Assembly: GCA_965112735.1 (NCBI GenBank)
Contig: OZ218950.1
Span: 2,542,001 to 2,606,000 of the forward strand
Length of the DNA stretch: 64,000 bases
Reading direction: 5' to 3'
DNA from: Phaeosaccion multiseriatum
Taxonomy: Eukaryota > Protista > Ochrophyta, other classes
Below are positions 30,392-44,400 of this stretch, piece by piece. Both the position numbers and the translations under genes were made by a program. The notes under the pieces are model-generated. The model made no database searches. It saw only the letters and a list, made by a program, of their open reading frames with translations, and was not told where the DNA came from. Position 1 is the first letter of the stretch; each line of letters opens with the position of its first letter.

Positions 30392-31357
30392 GAACACCAA
30401 GTGTCTTTTTAATTTAGTACTTCGTACTTCAAGTATGGGTATGGCACGTGGAATCCGTTTCAACGCAGCGAGGCTGGTATTGAAAGCGTGGGGAACATTC
30501 TGGGAACTTTCTTGCGAGGATGATGAGGCGGCAAGGCGCGCGGTCTGCCACTCCCGTCAATATTCGCGAACAAGGGCATGCCGTGTGCGCGTGCGTGCGT
30601 GGGTACGTGCGTGGGTATCGTCCTCCCTTCCTCGGTGAAGAAGTTTTTTTCAGGCCATTCCATCAGTGGTCCTTCCTTGTGGTGTGGAAGAGGTAAATGG
30701 GGGGGAACTTTAACTTCCCAGTGGAACTGAACTGCCTGTCTCTCTGCGGACTCTGAGGCTGAGCTCCAATACGAATACACCTGCCCTCTTGAGAGCCTGC
30801 CTGTTGGCCTGAACATCCTTACGGTTGGGAAATGGTGCCCGCTGCCTGCAGATCTACCCGAGGGCCTTAAGGGTGGCCTATTTGTCGCCGTATGTAGTTT
30901 CGATGTAGAGTAGTACCGCGCATGTGGGAAGAGGAGGAGCCTGAGCAGCAGCACAGCAGCAGCAACGCCGATCTGAATGGCGCCCAAGCCGCTCAGCAAC
31001 AGCCCCGCCGCGCCTTTCGCTGGTCCTCTCCGTCGCGCACATGGGGTGTGACAGCGCACAGCAGGAAGGAAGACCACCACGGACAGAGGCAGCAAGGTGC
31101 GCACAGAGTGAGCACCACACAGAGCCGTGCGTTCGAGTGCGTCGCTGGGAACGAGACACAGGAGCACGCACTTCAGGCAGGAGCACCTTTGGGGAGGGGA
31201 GGGCAGACCGACGCGGGAGAGGGGCGCGAAGGCAGCAGAGGATGAAGGAATCGCTGTGGGGGAGGGAGGTCACGAAAGAGTGACTGGACGGGGACGGAGG
31301 TAGAGCCCAAGGGCCGTGCTTTTCAGACATGATGGTTAAAATCTTCAATTCAATACA

Positions 31358-34300
31358 TCAATTGATTGTGATGGGAACATCCGGATGCTGCTCGGAGAGT
31401 TTCTTCCAAAGCTGCGCCTTTGGGTCAAGGGGCTCCTCCCGCAGGCGCTGCTCCATCCTTCGCTTAGTGGACCTCTGCTCCTCCTCGATCCGCCGCAGCT
31501 CAGCATCCATTTTTCTCCCCTGAATAGCAGGGAGACAACGAGGAGGAGGAGAAGGAGGACGAGGAGGCCGAGGAGAGGAGGAGGAGGAGGAGGAGGAGGA
31601 GGAGGAGGGAGGGGAGGAGGAGGAGGAGGAGGAGGAGGAGGAGGAGGAGGAGGAGGAGGAGAAGGAGAGGGAGAGGGAGGAGGAGAGGGAGAGAAGCAGG
31701 AGGAGCAGGGGGAGGAGGAGGAGGAGAGGAAGAGGAGGCCGAGAGGAGGAGGAGGAGGAGGAGGAGGAGGAGGAGGAGGAGGAGGAGGAGGAGGAGGAGG
31801 AGGAGGGGGGGGGGGAGGAGGAGGAGTAGGAGAAGAAGAAGAGAAGGGTTGAGGTGTACCATCATGGCACGAAAAAAGGGGCCAAAGAGCACGTCCGGGG
31901 ATGCGGCAAGTGAGTCTCAAATGAAGACGGGCTGGGGTGGCGTAAGGGTCGAGCACACTCCTAACCACAGACACACACACACACACACTACCACTACCAC
32001 TATCACCAACACTAACACAACACACACACGCACGCACACACGCGCGCGCACACACACACACGCACACACACTCAACACACGAACCTCTTCCTCGGACACC
32101 TCCACCTCCTCGCCCGTCTCGCGATTGAGCACCTTCCTAACACCCCCACCGCCAACAGAGCCGGACCCACAGCCACCACCAGCGCCGCCCCCAGCCGCAG
32201 CTCGATTGGCCCTGTCCTTTGCGTGTTGGGGAAGTCCATCAAGGTCCAGGGCCGAGCACAGAGTGACGTCGACCCCATCGTCCTCCCCTCCTTCTCCCTC
32301 TTGCTCGGGCTGTAGCACACGCGCCCACCACTCGTGCCCCGGGGGGCCCTCTGCCAGCAGCTCCTTGGTGAGGTAGAGTGTGATCTGACCCCTCCTCTCC
32401 ATCATCCACAGTGACTCATCCACGAGAATGGGCCTGCTCAGAGCACCACTGAGCGCATCTACAACCCGCACCGCCTCCTGACCCGTGCTGCCTCCTTCTT
32501 CCCCCTTTCCTTGACTTACGGGAGTCTTGTAGCTCACGCGCACTCTCTGTCGCTTCAATTGGACCTCCACGTCTCTCCTCGTCACAGGCATAGGCAGCTC
32601 CACAAACACCCTAACCTCCTCTACCGACTGCCCCCAGCGATACCCCGAGGGCCCACCTCCCTTGGCCACTCCACCGTTGTGCAGCAGCACCTTTTGTCGG
32701 TGCTCCTGCTGCTCCTCCTCCCTTTCCATGAGCGCTCGACGGATGATAGCCGCCTCCTTCTCCTCCTCACTTTCCTCCTCCTTATCCTCCTCACAGGGAG
32801 GAGGGAGAGTCTGCTGTCCTCCTCTTGCACACTCCTCCTCAGGACAGGCCTCCTCCTGCTTCGTGCATGGGCCAGACTCTGAAGATATGGGTGCTGCAGA
32901 TTCCGATTTGGCTGGAGGAGGGAGAGCTTCAGCAAGCCCAGCAGCCTCCAATCTCTTCTTCTTCTTCTTCTCCTCCTCCTCCTCCTCCTCCTCCCCCTCC
33001 TCCTCCTCCTCCTCCTCCTCCGCCTCCTCCTCCTCCTCCTCCTTCTCCTTCTGCTTCTGCTGAAGGAGGGCTTCGTTGGCTTTCTTCGCGCGCTGCTTCT
33101 TCCTTCTTCGGCCTTCTTCCGTGTCCCTGTCACGTCATGGGCCCAAAGGCACACACAGAAAGGAGAGTCAAGGCGATTCATTAGCCTTTCTGTCCGCCCC
33201 GCCCGTCACACCGTACCACCACACACACACGCACACACACACGCACACACACACGCACACATCAACACACTCGCATGCACACATGCGATACACATAAACA
33301 CATACGCACACACACATGCACACACACGCACACGCACATCAACACACACGCATGCACACACACGCACACACACATCAACACACACGCATGCACACACACA
33401 CACACCTTCTCAGCTTCTCCTTCGCCCTTGCCGTGGCCAGGCTCTGCTTCACCTCCTTTAGTGCGAGACGGAGGTGCTTGTCGCTGGGGCACAGACGAAG
33501 GGCGGCCCTCAGGTCATGCCATCGCGCCTCCAGCAGCTCCGACGGCGACAGCATCACTGACTTACTATCCCCCGTTCCCCCTGACTTGCTACTATCGATG
33601 TGGTTGTTGTGGTCCACCGTCATCTCGTGGCGGGTTTGGGAGCGTCGGTAAAAGGCCTTTGCTGCGCACTTCCGGTCGGCCTCCGTGACTGGCACTGGGG
33701 AGGGAGGGGGGAGGAGGAGGAGGAGGAAGAGGAGGAGGAGAAGGAGGAGGAGGAGGAGGAGGAGGAGGAGGAGGAGGAGGAGGAGGAGGAGGAGGAGGAG
33801 GAGGAGGAGGAGGAGGAGGAGGAGGAGGAGGAGGAGGACGAGAAGGAGGAGGAGGAGGAGGAGGAGGAGGAGGAGGAGGAGGAGGAGGAGGAGGAGGAGG
33901 AGGAGGAGGAGCTGGTGGATAAGGGACAGGTCAGGACAGGTTGGGACAGGTGTAGTCCTCATGGACCGGCCCCTACCCTGACGAGAGCGACCGAGTGCAG
34001 AGGCTATAGTTAGACTGGACAAGTGGAGTGCCTCTCTACGGCACACCTTCTTGGGAGCAGAGCCGAGTAGCAGTACACTCCCTTGGTGCCTCTGCTCTTG
34101 ACGGTTACGTACACTGGCGAGGACCATCCGCACTGTTTCAGTTCTGCCTACTCCCTCTACGCACCTCCACCCGTGGCTTCTTCACTCAGCTCCAGCCGAG
34201 AGAGAGGGACGGCAGTTCGGGGTTGCTTCTTGTCCACCTGGACCCCACCCTCAGCTGCCATCTTCGCAGCCTGCGCCTCTTCCTCCTCCTCTGCTGCCAT

Positions 34301-35100
34301 CGCAGCCGCCCCAGCCACGCGGACGCCCTCCCCGCAGACGGTGAGCACCGCTTCACAACACGCCAGAGCGGGGCCGTACTCCTTGAGAAGAAGGTTGCAA
34401 GCCGAGAGGTTAAGATAGAGCGCCTGTCGGAGCAGTGCCACTCTGCTTATCGCAGCCGCTAGGCGGGCCTCGGACCCCTCCCCCACTGTCACAGAGGTCT
34501 CTTCTTGCTGGTTCAAGAGGGTTAGGAGTTCGTCCGCCTCGGCGCAAGCCTTAAGACCGAGAGCGTACTTCATACACGCCTCGCCGAGGGCATCTTTGCC
34601 TGTCGGTGGGGGTGGGCGGGGTGGGGGGGGGTGTCGGCAGGGAGGGGGAGGAGGTGGACGCTCGGACGTTAGAAGGGAAACAAAATTGATAGCTTGAGGT
34701 AGACCTCTATCATGCGCCTATCCCTCCTACTGCTCTGCTGACAATTTTCTCTTTTGCACCCCTGAGACGGCGTTCTTCTACGGCCTTCCCCTCCCGTCCT
34801 CTCTTCGCTTCCCCACTTGCCTGCCGTGTGCTGCGCCATGACCCTGCCGAGGAAGTAGTGCTTATTCCCTTCTTCTTTCAGCCCCGAGACCTTGCTGCTA
34901 AGCTCCTCCAAAGAGTCCACCGCCTCGTCCAACGACTTTGGTACAAGCAGTGGGCCCTTCTCCCTCTCGGCCTCGAGCATGGCTCGCATTTCCTCCCTCT
35001 TCTCCAGTTCCCTCTCTGCCCGTTGCTGCTGCACGAGGGTCGGCAGGTCCACGCCCTTCGCAGCCGCCGCAGCCCTCATCTCCTGCTCGACGGACGTCAT
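31358..35100 (-). CDS. TPR-repeat plus NudC-like CS (p23) domain co-chaperone. Exons approx. 35100-34821, 34599-34165, 33694-33406, 33126-32085, 31519-31358; first intron probably GC-AG
   Basis: TPR helices LKEEGNKHY, ALYLNLSACNLLLKEYGPALACCEAVL, KAFYRRSQ and HDLRAALRLCPSD. CS domain YRWGQSVEEVRVFVELP...DVEVQLKRQRVRV...LSGALSRPILVDESLW...LYLTK...EWWARVL. NudC-like tail ...KAQLWKKLSEQHPDVPITIN*. Confidence 0.8.
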
Positions 35101-35423
35101 GCTTGTCGCTGAGTCGCACCGTTCCTCCTCCTCCTCTTCTCCCTCCCTGCCGGTCTCCTCCTCTCCCTACTACCTCTCCCTCCCTCTCTCTCTCGATTCG
35201 CGTCCGCCTAGATGTAGAATAACAAGGAATGGGAAGGCCAAGGGAAGAGGGCAAGGAGAGCAGGACAGCCGATGGTATGGAGGGGCCGGCGGATAGGAGC
35301 TAATCAGCTAACGCTCCTATGCTGCGCTGGATTGTTAAAAGGTGAAACGGGATTTTCTGATTCTCTGCATTTTGTGCCATTACATCAGAGACGGACAGAG
35401 AGTGGCAGAGGGCAGGGGAGGCC

Positions 35424-38400
35424 ATGTCTTCTCAGGACCCTCCTCCTGTGAGTCCGTTGCGGTATCGAGACGGATCTCGTGCCCGGCCGCCACATGCCGT
35501 CCCCTCTCTGTCCACTTCTTTGCGGCTTCACCCCCCTCACCCTGCAGCATCATCCTCCACGCTCCGAGCTACCCCATTCGACAAGCGAGAGATACACGCG
35601 CCCCACTCTCTCTCCCTTGATCGCATTCTCAATGGTCGAGAGGTTGGAGGGCCAGCCGGAGCATCAGCAGCAGCAGCACGGTCAGCAGCAGCAGCGGCAG
35701 CAGCCCTAGTGGGCGAGAACAGTAAGGCCGTCATTGCAATGTCTCAGTCGTCTTCCACTCCAGCCTTCGGGACCAGAGCAGCGTTACGCGTCAACGCCGC
35801 TCTTCGCCTCGAGCAGGATCACCACGGCGCCGAAGATCCCAGCGAGGGTGACCGCGGAGGTCGCCTTCTTCCGCCAGGTCGTCGTGACAGAGACTTCCCT
35901 GACTCGTACTATCAAGGGCAGGGGACAGAGGACAGACTGTCTCGATGGAATAGTGCCTCTTTCTACCCCTCCAGCTACCAGTATCAGCATCAGCCTCAAC
36001 AGCAGCAGCAGCAGCAGCAGCAAGAGCATGGGTGCGGGGCGGAAGGAGGCCAGCCTTCGCCCTTCGGCTCACGCGCAATAACTTGCATGGAGGAGGGCCC
36101 CAACAACAGACCGGGAACCGCCTCCGACGAAATCTTGAGTCGAATTTTCCAGGACTTGGAGGACTGGAACGAGCGTGCTGAGAAGGTGCAGCGGTGGAAG
36201 AGGAAGAAGGCCCTCCAGGCCATGGCTACGCAGCAAGCCGTGGAGGAGTTCGAAATCCGATCGGCTAAGTATGAGGTGAGTGAGGTGGCCCCTGTGTTAG
36301 TTTAGGTGAGGAGAGGTAGGCCTGAGTAGGAGGTGAGGAGGTAGGCCAGGCCATGGTAGCCAGGCACACCCCGCCAAGAAACACTTGAGGTGGAGGCAGC
36401 AGCCGCAGCAACAGGCCAGTGCAGCCTAACAGGGTTGTTTGGGGCCTTAAAAGCCCCCCCCGCTCACCCCCAAGAACAGTGGTGATTGCGCTTCTCATGC
36501 GCTCTCTCTTTCGTCGACGAATCTCTTCGCCCTCCTCCCCCTCCTCCCCCTCCTCGCCCTCCTCCTCCCCGCCCTGATCCTTCTGATCCTTCTCACCCTC
36601 CTCCTGACCCTCGTCCTCCCCTTCTCCTCCCCCTCCCATCTCCCCTCCAGGCTAGGATGCGGGGCGTCTACGACGGGTACTGTCCCAAGGCTCAGAGGTG
36701 CGCCTCCGCAGCAGCCACAGTCACCAACGAGAGCGTCAAGTCTTGGAGACAAGCCATGGCAGCAGACCCGGTATCGATCAGTAAGGAGGACAACACAGCT
36801 CAACAGCAGCAGCAGGAACAGGACCTGACCATCCTGCGACAGCGGCAGCAGCATCGGCAGCTCGTGGTCCAGCAGCAGCAGAAGCAGAAGCAGCAGGGGG
36901 AGAACAGGAATCAGGAGGACGTGAGACCTCGCGAGGGGATGGGAGAGGAGCAGGTGGTCCAAGGTGTCGTGAGGAGGGAGCGGGGCGGCAGGTATGGCCC
37001 AATGCTGGACGGAGCAACGCCACCAATGGCAGAGGAGGAGAGCATGTCAGGATCATGCTTGCATAACGCACCAGAAGGGCAAGAAGAAGGGGAAGGAGGC
37101 GGAGGAGTGAATTCCGGGCAACAAGGGGCAGAAGGAAGGCAGCCCATGGAGGAAGGAAGGCAGTCTATGGAAGAAGAAAGAAGGCACCCTATGGATCTCC
37201 ATGAGCTCGACTTTCGGGGAGGAGAGACGGAGCTATTGAATGACTTACTCAAGGTGGGGTCAAGGGAGTGGGTCAGTGTTGTCGACGAGATGGAGGGGGT
37301 GGGTGGGGGAGGAACCATGCTCCTCCCTGTTGAAGCGGCAGACAGGCTGGCTGCTGCTAAAGCTGCTACTGATGCGAAGGCGGCTGGTGGTGGTGGTGGT
37401 GGTGGTGGTGGTGGTGGTTGGGGAGGAGGACGAGGAGGGGGGTGGAAGAGAGGGGAAGTGAGAGCTGGAGGTGCAGGGGCACGGGCAGAGGCAGGGAGGC
37501 GAGCGAAGGACCAAGTCCATAGCCGCCTGTACAGCAAAGGAAGCTTCCCTAGGGGCGTTGGTAATACAGTCACAGAGGAGGAGGCGAGTGGATCCATGGG
37601 CAGGAGTATGGACAGGAGAACAGGGTCACGGCAAGTGGACTCCATGCACTTCGTCGAGCATATGCTGCATCGTGTGAGCAATGTCTCTGGAGAGTTGCCA
37701 GCAGCACCAACGGGAGGGGGGGGGAGTAAGGCGTCCGTCGCTGGCGCTGCTGCGGTGCCTGAGAGGGAACAGCAGGAAGAAGAAGAAGAAGGGGGAGCAG
37801 TAGGAGAAGGAGAAGATGACCACAGAGGCCTTGGGTATGGAGACTTGACCGAATTGCTCTCGGAGCACCGCGGGGGCACTGCCCAGAGGTACAAGCAAGG
37901 CAACCAGCAAGGGAGAGGCCCCTCTTGCAAGCCGCACCCGCAGCAGGAGCCGCAGCAGCACCAGCAGGGGATGGACAAGGCGAGGGAAGGAGGGGGTGGT
38001 AGGGGGATGCAACTTGACGCGCTGACACGCAACGATACAATGGTGTCGACGATCAAGTCCATGCAGGAGGTCAGCAAGGTGTTTGATGACATCATTAAGG
38101 ATGTGTTTGCACACAGGAGGCAGCTCGGGCAGCGGTTACAGGTACGATGAGACTAAGAGAGAGAGAGGGAGGGAGGGAGATAGGAAGGGAGAGAGAGAGG
38201 GGGAGGGAGGGAGGGAGGGAGGGAGGGGGGGAGGGAGGGAGGGAGGGAGGGAGGGAGGGAGGGAGGGAGGGAGGGAGGGTGGGAGGGAGGGAGGGAGGGA
38301 GGGAGGGAGGGAGGGAGGGAGGGAGGGAGGGAGGGAGGGAGGGAGGGAGGGAGGGAGGGAGGGAGGGAGGGAGGGAGGGAGGGAGGGAGGGAGGGAGGGA

Positions 38401-41400
38401 GGGAGGGAGGGAGGGAGGGAGGGAGGGAGGGAGGGAGGGAGGGAGGGAGGGAGGGAGGGAGGGAGGGAGGGAGGGAGGGAGGGAGGGAGGGAGGGAGGGA
38501 GGGAGGGAGGGAGGGAGGGAGGGAGGGAGGGAGGGAGGGAGGGAGGGAGGGAGGGAGGGAGGGAGGGAGGGAGGGAGGGAGGGAGGGAGGGAGGGAGGGA
38601 GGGAGGGAGGGAGGGAGGGAGGGAGGGAGGGAGGGAGGGAGGGAGGGAGGGAGGGAGGGAGGGAGGGAGGGAGGGAGGGAGGGAGGGAGGGAGGGAGGGA
38701 GGGAGGGAGGGAGGGAGGGATAGTGAGAAGCAGAAAGAGAGACGACGCTTCTGAGACAAACCAAGAGTCTCTCTCTCCTCTTTGTCAAAGGTCAGCGGCT
38801 CTTTCCGTCGCTCAGCTCAAACGCAACCCCCCCCCGCCCTCCCCTCCATCCACTGCCTTCTCCCCCTCACACACCAGACTATGCAGGGTGCTTACATCCG
38901 ACTCTTCGAGACAATGCTCTCAGAGATGCTCAAGATGCATCGGGCAGGGAGTAGGGCAGTGAGGGTGGAGAACAAGGTGAGGCATGAGGTGGCAGGTGGA
39001 AGGTGGGAGGTCGGACGTGTGCTTTCGGACTGACTTCGAAGGGAGGGAGGGAGGGAGGGAGGGTGGGAGGAAGGAAGGAAGAAAGCGTCGCTCACCCACC
39101 CACCCGCCCACCCACCCACCCCGCTCATCCACTCATCCACTCATCCATTGACATAGTACACTCACCAATCCATTGACATATTACACGCACCCAATCCCCC
39201 AAGGTGCTAAGGAGGGAGGTACTCAGGCTGAGTGACGTGGGAAGACTGTTGGGGTGGGAGCTTGGGGACGCAGGGGAGCAAGCAGACGCACTCAAGGATA
39301 TACGCAAGGTGAGGTGGGAGGGAGGGAGATGGAGGAGGAGGAGGAGGAGGAGGAGGAGGAGGAGGAGGAGGAGGAGGAGGGAGGTAGGGGGAGAGAAAGG
39401 GGGAGGAGGGACGGTGCTTCACTTCACTTCAAGCACTCGAACCTCTCTTCTCACTCTTTGTGCTGTGGTTGTGCTGTCGTTGTGCTGTGGTCCTCTCCAA
39501 CGACAACAACAATCACAACAACAACAACAGATTCTTCTCAACGAGAACGCCTTCCTGGAACAGAAGCTTGTCCACCTTGACGCCCTTGTCAAAGAGAAGG
39601 CCGCTTGGGAAGTGGAGCGCCAGGAGATTGTTGAGGGGCTCCAACGGGAGAAGGCCCTGCTCTATACAGAGCTTTACGACAGAGAGAGAGCCACCAAACA
39701 CCGCCTGCTGCAGGAACAAATTGCGGTATGTAGGGGTCGTTGAGTCGACGAAAAGGAAAGGCAAGGGAAGGGGTGGATGGGTGGGTGGATGGCAGTAGAT
39801 GGGAAGTGGGGAGTGGGGGAGGGGGGGGGGGATGGAACTGTACCATCTACTGCCATCCCCGACTCCTCTCAGCGCACTCTAACTGCCTACCCATCTGCTG
39901 CCATCCCCCATCCATTAATGGACTCTAGCCGCCTGCCCATCCATCTACTGCCATCCCACCCCCACCTAGCTCACTACCCATCTACCGCCATCCCACCCCC
40001 ACCTAGCTCCTACTCAACTCACTCCCATCTACTGCCATCCCACCCCCACCTAGCTCCCTACTTAACTCACTCCCATCTACTGCTATCCCCACCTTGCTCC
40101 CTCCTCAACTCACTCCCATCTACTGCCATCCCACCCCCACCTAGCTCACTACCCACTGCCCATCCATCTACTGCCACCCCACCCCCACCTAGGTCCCTAC
40201 TCAACTCACTGCCCGTCTATTGCCATCCCCATAAAACTCACTGCCCACTGCCCATCCATCTACTGCCATCCCCATCCCCCTGTTTCCCCGATCCCTCCCA
40301 CACAGGCCATGCAGGCCGCCTCCGATGTTAGAGGCAACCTCCGCGAGCTCGAGCAGAGCATGGGCAGGGTAAAGAAAGCCAATGAGCGTATTGCGAGCAA
40401 CAAAATCGACCCCGCCAAGTACAGGCCCATCATACCAACCTCGGACGCTTCTGCCCAGACGCTCGCCACCGATGATGGACTGTGGGATACGCAGAACGGG
40501 CCTTCGGGCTGCAGCGAGCGGCAGGTAAGTGTAAGTGTGCGGAGGGGGGTTGTGTGTATGGTTGTGTGTGTCTGTTTGTGTGTGTTTGTATATGTATGTG
40601 TGTTTGTATATGTATGTGTGTGTATGTGTGTTTGTATATGTATGTGTGTGTATGTGTGTGTGTGTGTGAAGGCTAAGGTTTACGTACTGCACTGGACTGG
40701 CTCATTATTGTTCTTTTTTTTTAAGTATGTTTGTTTTTATGAAGACAATTCCAATCCATCAATCCCTCAACCAACCAACCATTATCTTCGCGGTCAAGTG
40801 ATGCTTTCGCCTTGTTTCATACTCTCCTCTCGCCCCTGTTCTCTCCTCATTATTCATATAAATGTACTAAACAAACAGGTCCAGATGAGTGTGTGGGTGC
40901 GGCTTATGTGGCTGCGATTGCGACGCTTCGCCACCTGCCCAGGCTGCAAGGGTCACAACAGCGCCCTCGCAATGGTCACACTCAGCAGGCAGGCAGCGGC
41001 TAGTGAGTACGCGGCTGAGGCAGCCGAGGCGGAGGCGGAAGCGGCGCACGCACACGCCCACGAGGCTTCACAGTTGGCAGCAGCTTCGAATCGCCTTAAG
41101 GGACGGCATCGCAGCTCGTGTGGGCGCGTGCGTGGGAGCGTGGTGCTGACGGTGGCGGGGGCTGCTGCCGGAGGGGTTGGCATCAGCCCTGCCAATAGCG
41201 TCGACAGCCAAGCCAACGCGGTGGAAGGTGGTGTATCACCAACTAGTGCATCACCAAGCCGTCGAAGGAGTAGCTATCGCCGCAGCTTCCGGGGCAGCAC
41301 GTCGTTAGGGTGGAGGAGGAGCAGCAGCAGAAGCCAATCCCCGTCCCGAGGAGGGGGGCAGAGGAGGGAGAGCAGCAGCAGCAGAAGCAGGAGCAGGAGC

Positions 41401-44400
41401 CCAGATGGGCGATGCTCGACGATTCGATCCAACCCGGGGAAGAAACGGAAGGGTAGTGTAGGAGAAGCTTTGAGAGGAGGAGGGGAGAGAGGAGGAGAGG
41501 GAGGAGGGGAGAGAGGAGGTGAGGGAGAAGTGGAGGGAGGTGGGGAGGGAGGAGCAGGAGGAGGAGGAGGAAGAGGGTTGTTGTCCCTAGGGGTGAGCGA
41601 TCCACCCGATGCAGATGCAGCAGGTGGTGATATGGCACCCGTCCTAAGCACCACGTGGAGCCCTGGGAGCCACACAAACCTCCTCGGCCCTTCCCCTTCC
41701 CCTGCGGCCTTTCGCAAGAAGAGGAGCACGCTGCACACTCATCGAGGCACAGCGGCCAAGACAGGTTCTGCCGCTCACCTCAACCATCTGCACCCGCAGC
41801 TCGGTCGCAAGAGGAGTAGCAGGGGGATGAGGAGCGGTGGCGGTAAAAGCATCAGCGGCAGAAGTGTCAACAGCAACTTCGGCAGCAGCCACCACCCTTC
41901 GTCCGCTGCCATCCATCAGCATCGTCGGATCCATCGGAAGCGTGGCAACCTCGTTGATAAGAATTGGGGCATGCCAGAGTACCTCATTCGTTTCCTCAGC
42001 TCACTGCCCTTGACGGCCCAGGCCATGCCGTTGAAGAGTCTCAAGTGGGTGGTGAGTGCTGTGTGGTGTATCTACGACCTCAAGGACAATGCGGATGTGT
42101 TGGATCAGGTGGATGGCAACCCACGGCAGAGTATGCCGGACTTTGTCATCGAGCTCTACCTTCGACGTTGCGGCCTCAAGAAGGAGGCCGAGCTGCAGCT
42201 GTATGTGCTGGTCATGGCTGTCAAGGCACATTATCGCAAGTCAGCGCTCGTCTTTACCTTCGCTCGTATGCTGGACCTCCTACAAGAGGCTCCTGGACCC
42301 GATGGGGGGGAGGCTGTATTACCAACGGGTGCAGCTGCCAGGACGACGAACAGCACACGTCACAACACTCACCACGCCAAAGGTGGTGGACAGAGCGACG
42401 TCGTCGGCAATGGCGACGAAGAGATGGACTCAAGCAAGAAGGACAAGGACGACAAGGGGGGCGACCATGTAGGCCGAGTTGGGGGGATGGGGTTGGGTGC
42501 CGACTGGGACTTTGGGGCAGGCTGTCCTCCGCGGTATACGCCTCTGGGTACGCCATTTGTGAGTTTGTTCTTGCTGGCGAGGAGGATGCTGCTCCGTCGC
42601 ACTCGCATAGACGCGTTGCAGGTTGGGGAGTTGGCCTCGCATCAGGTGGGTGGGGAGGGATGGCAGTGGATGGGGATGGGTGAGGATGGCAGTGGGCGGG
42701 TATGGGTGAGGATGGCAGTGGATGGGCATGGGTGAGGATGGCAGTGGATGGGCATGGGTGAGGATGGCAGTGGACGGGTATGGGTGAGGATGGCAGTGGA
42801 TGGGCATGGGTGAGGACGGCAGTGGATGGGTATGGGTGAGGACGGCGGTGGACGGGTATGGGTGAGGATGGAAGTGGATGGGCATGGGTGAGGACGGCAG
42901 TGGATGGGCATGGGTGAGGACGGCAGTGGATGCGTGTGGGGTGGGGTGGGGTGGGGCAGCCAGAGCTCCTTGACTTGAACTTGCGCTCTGTCCAGGCCGT
43001 CATGTCCGTGCTTGTGCCGCTTGGCATCCACTGAATCACAGACACACCCCCAGATATACATGGAGGGAGGTGGAAAGCCGTGTACTGACTGCTTCCTTGA
43101 CGGACTCTCTCTCTCTCTCTCTGGTTCTCTCGCTCTCGCTCTCCCTCCCTCTCTCTCTCTCTCTCTCCTCTCTCTGACTCGCTCACTGGATACCTTGTCT
43201 TGATTCCTATCAGCTCCAAGGGCTGCGAAACAAAGTCGTGGCGGGCAGGGGCCCGTACGGCGGCGTCGGTAGCCAAGGCGGAGGAGGAGGAGAAGGAGGA
43301 GGGAGGGGAGGAAACAGAGACTTGCATCTCCATCAACAGATCCGGCAAGAAGCTTCAGCTAAGATTGTGGCCCGGCGACTGAAACTCAAACTCGGAGCAC
43401 TGGTGATGCTGAGGAGGAAGGAGAGGAGCGAGGCACGGAAGAAGGCGCGGCGAGAAAGGGCCGAGAGGAAAGAGAGGGCACAGAAGACAGACAAGGCAGG
43501 CAAGCACCACAACCGCGACGATGATGAGGATGATGATGAAGATGAAGGTGGAGAAACAGATGCAGCAGATGGCGACGACAACTCCGACGACCACCAGCTG
43601 GGCAAGGGCGAATTAAGTGAGCACAGGAAGGTTAGTCGCAAGCTTAGCGCCCAAGCGGCTCTGGTGGAGCTCGGGGGGGAGGCTTTCACCCTCACTGATA
43701 GCCATCACCCGCTGGACGACCACCACCTGCCCGACGGTCATCACACGCTGGACAGCATCGAGGGAGGAGCCTTTACTCTCGCTAACGACAATCTGGAACG
43801 AGGAGAGCCCTCCCCTCTCACTCACAATACTCACAATGACATCATGGGGGAACGCGAGTCCGTGTCTCTCACGGCCAGCAGCCTCCACGGCAAGTGCGAG
43901 GGCGAGGACGAGGGCGAGGACGACGAGGCCGGCACCAGGAGGAGGAGCAGTGAGGCTGCTGTTGGACAAGGGGGGGAGGAGGTGAAGGCGGAGGTGGAGC
44001 AGCAGTCGCCGGAAGTAAACTCATCGACCAAGGAGGGGGTTGGGGGGGGGGGAGTAGAGGTGAAGGTCAAGCAGCCGCCGTCCGAAGTGGAAGCGAAAGC
44101 GGAAGCGCAAGCGCTAGCGTGCTCCTCAGCGATGAACCAGGAGGAGAAGCGAGAGCAAGAGCAAGAGCAAGAGGAAGAGCAAGAGGAAGAGCAAGAGCAA
44201 GAGCAAGAGCAAGAGCAAGAGCAAGAGCAAGAGCAAGAGCAAGAGCAAGGGCAAGAGCAAGAGCAAGAGCAAGAGCAAGAGCAAGAGCAAGAGCAAGAGC
44301 AAGAGCAAGAGCAAGAGCAAGAGCAAGAGCAAGAGCACGAGCAAGAGCAAGAGCAAGAGCAAGAGCAAGAGCAAGGGCAAGAGCAAGGGCAAGGGCAAGA

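Noticed and set aside
30460-31348. ORFs between the Nudix and TPR-NudC stop codons
   Set aside because: No recognisable motifs; the interval is best explained as convergent 3' UTRs.
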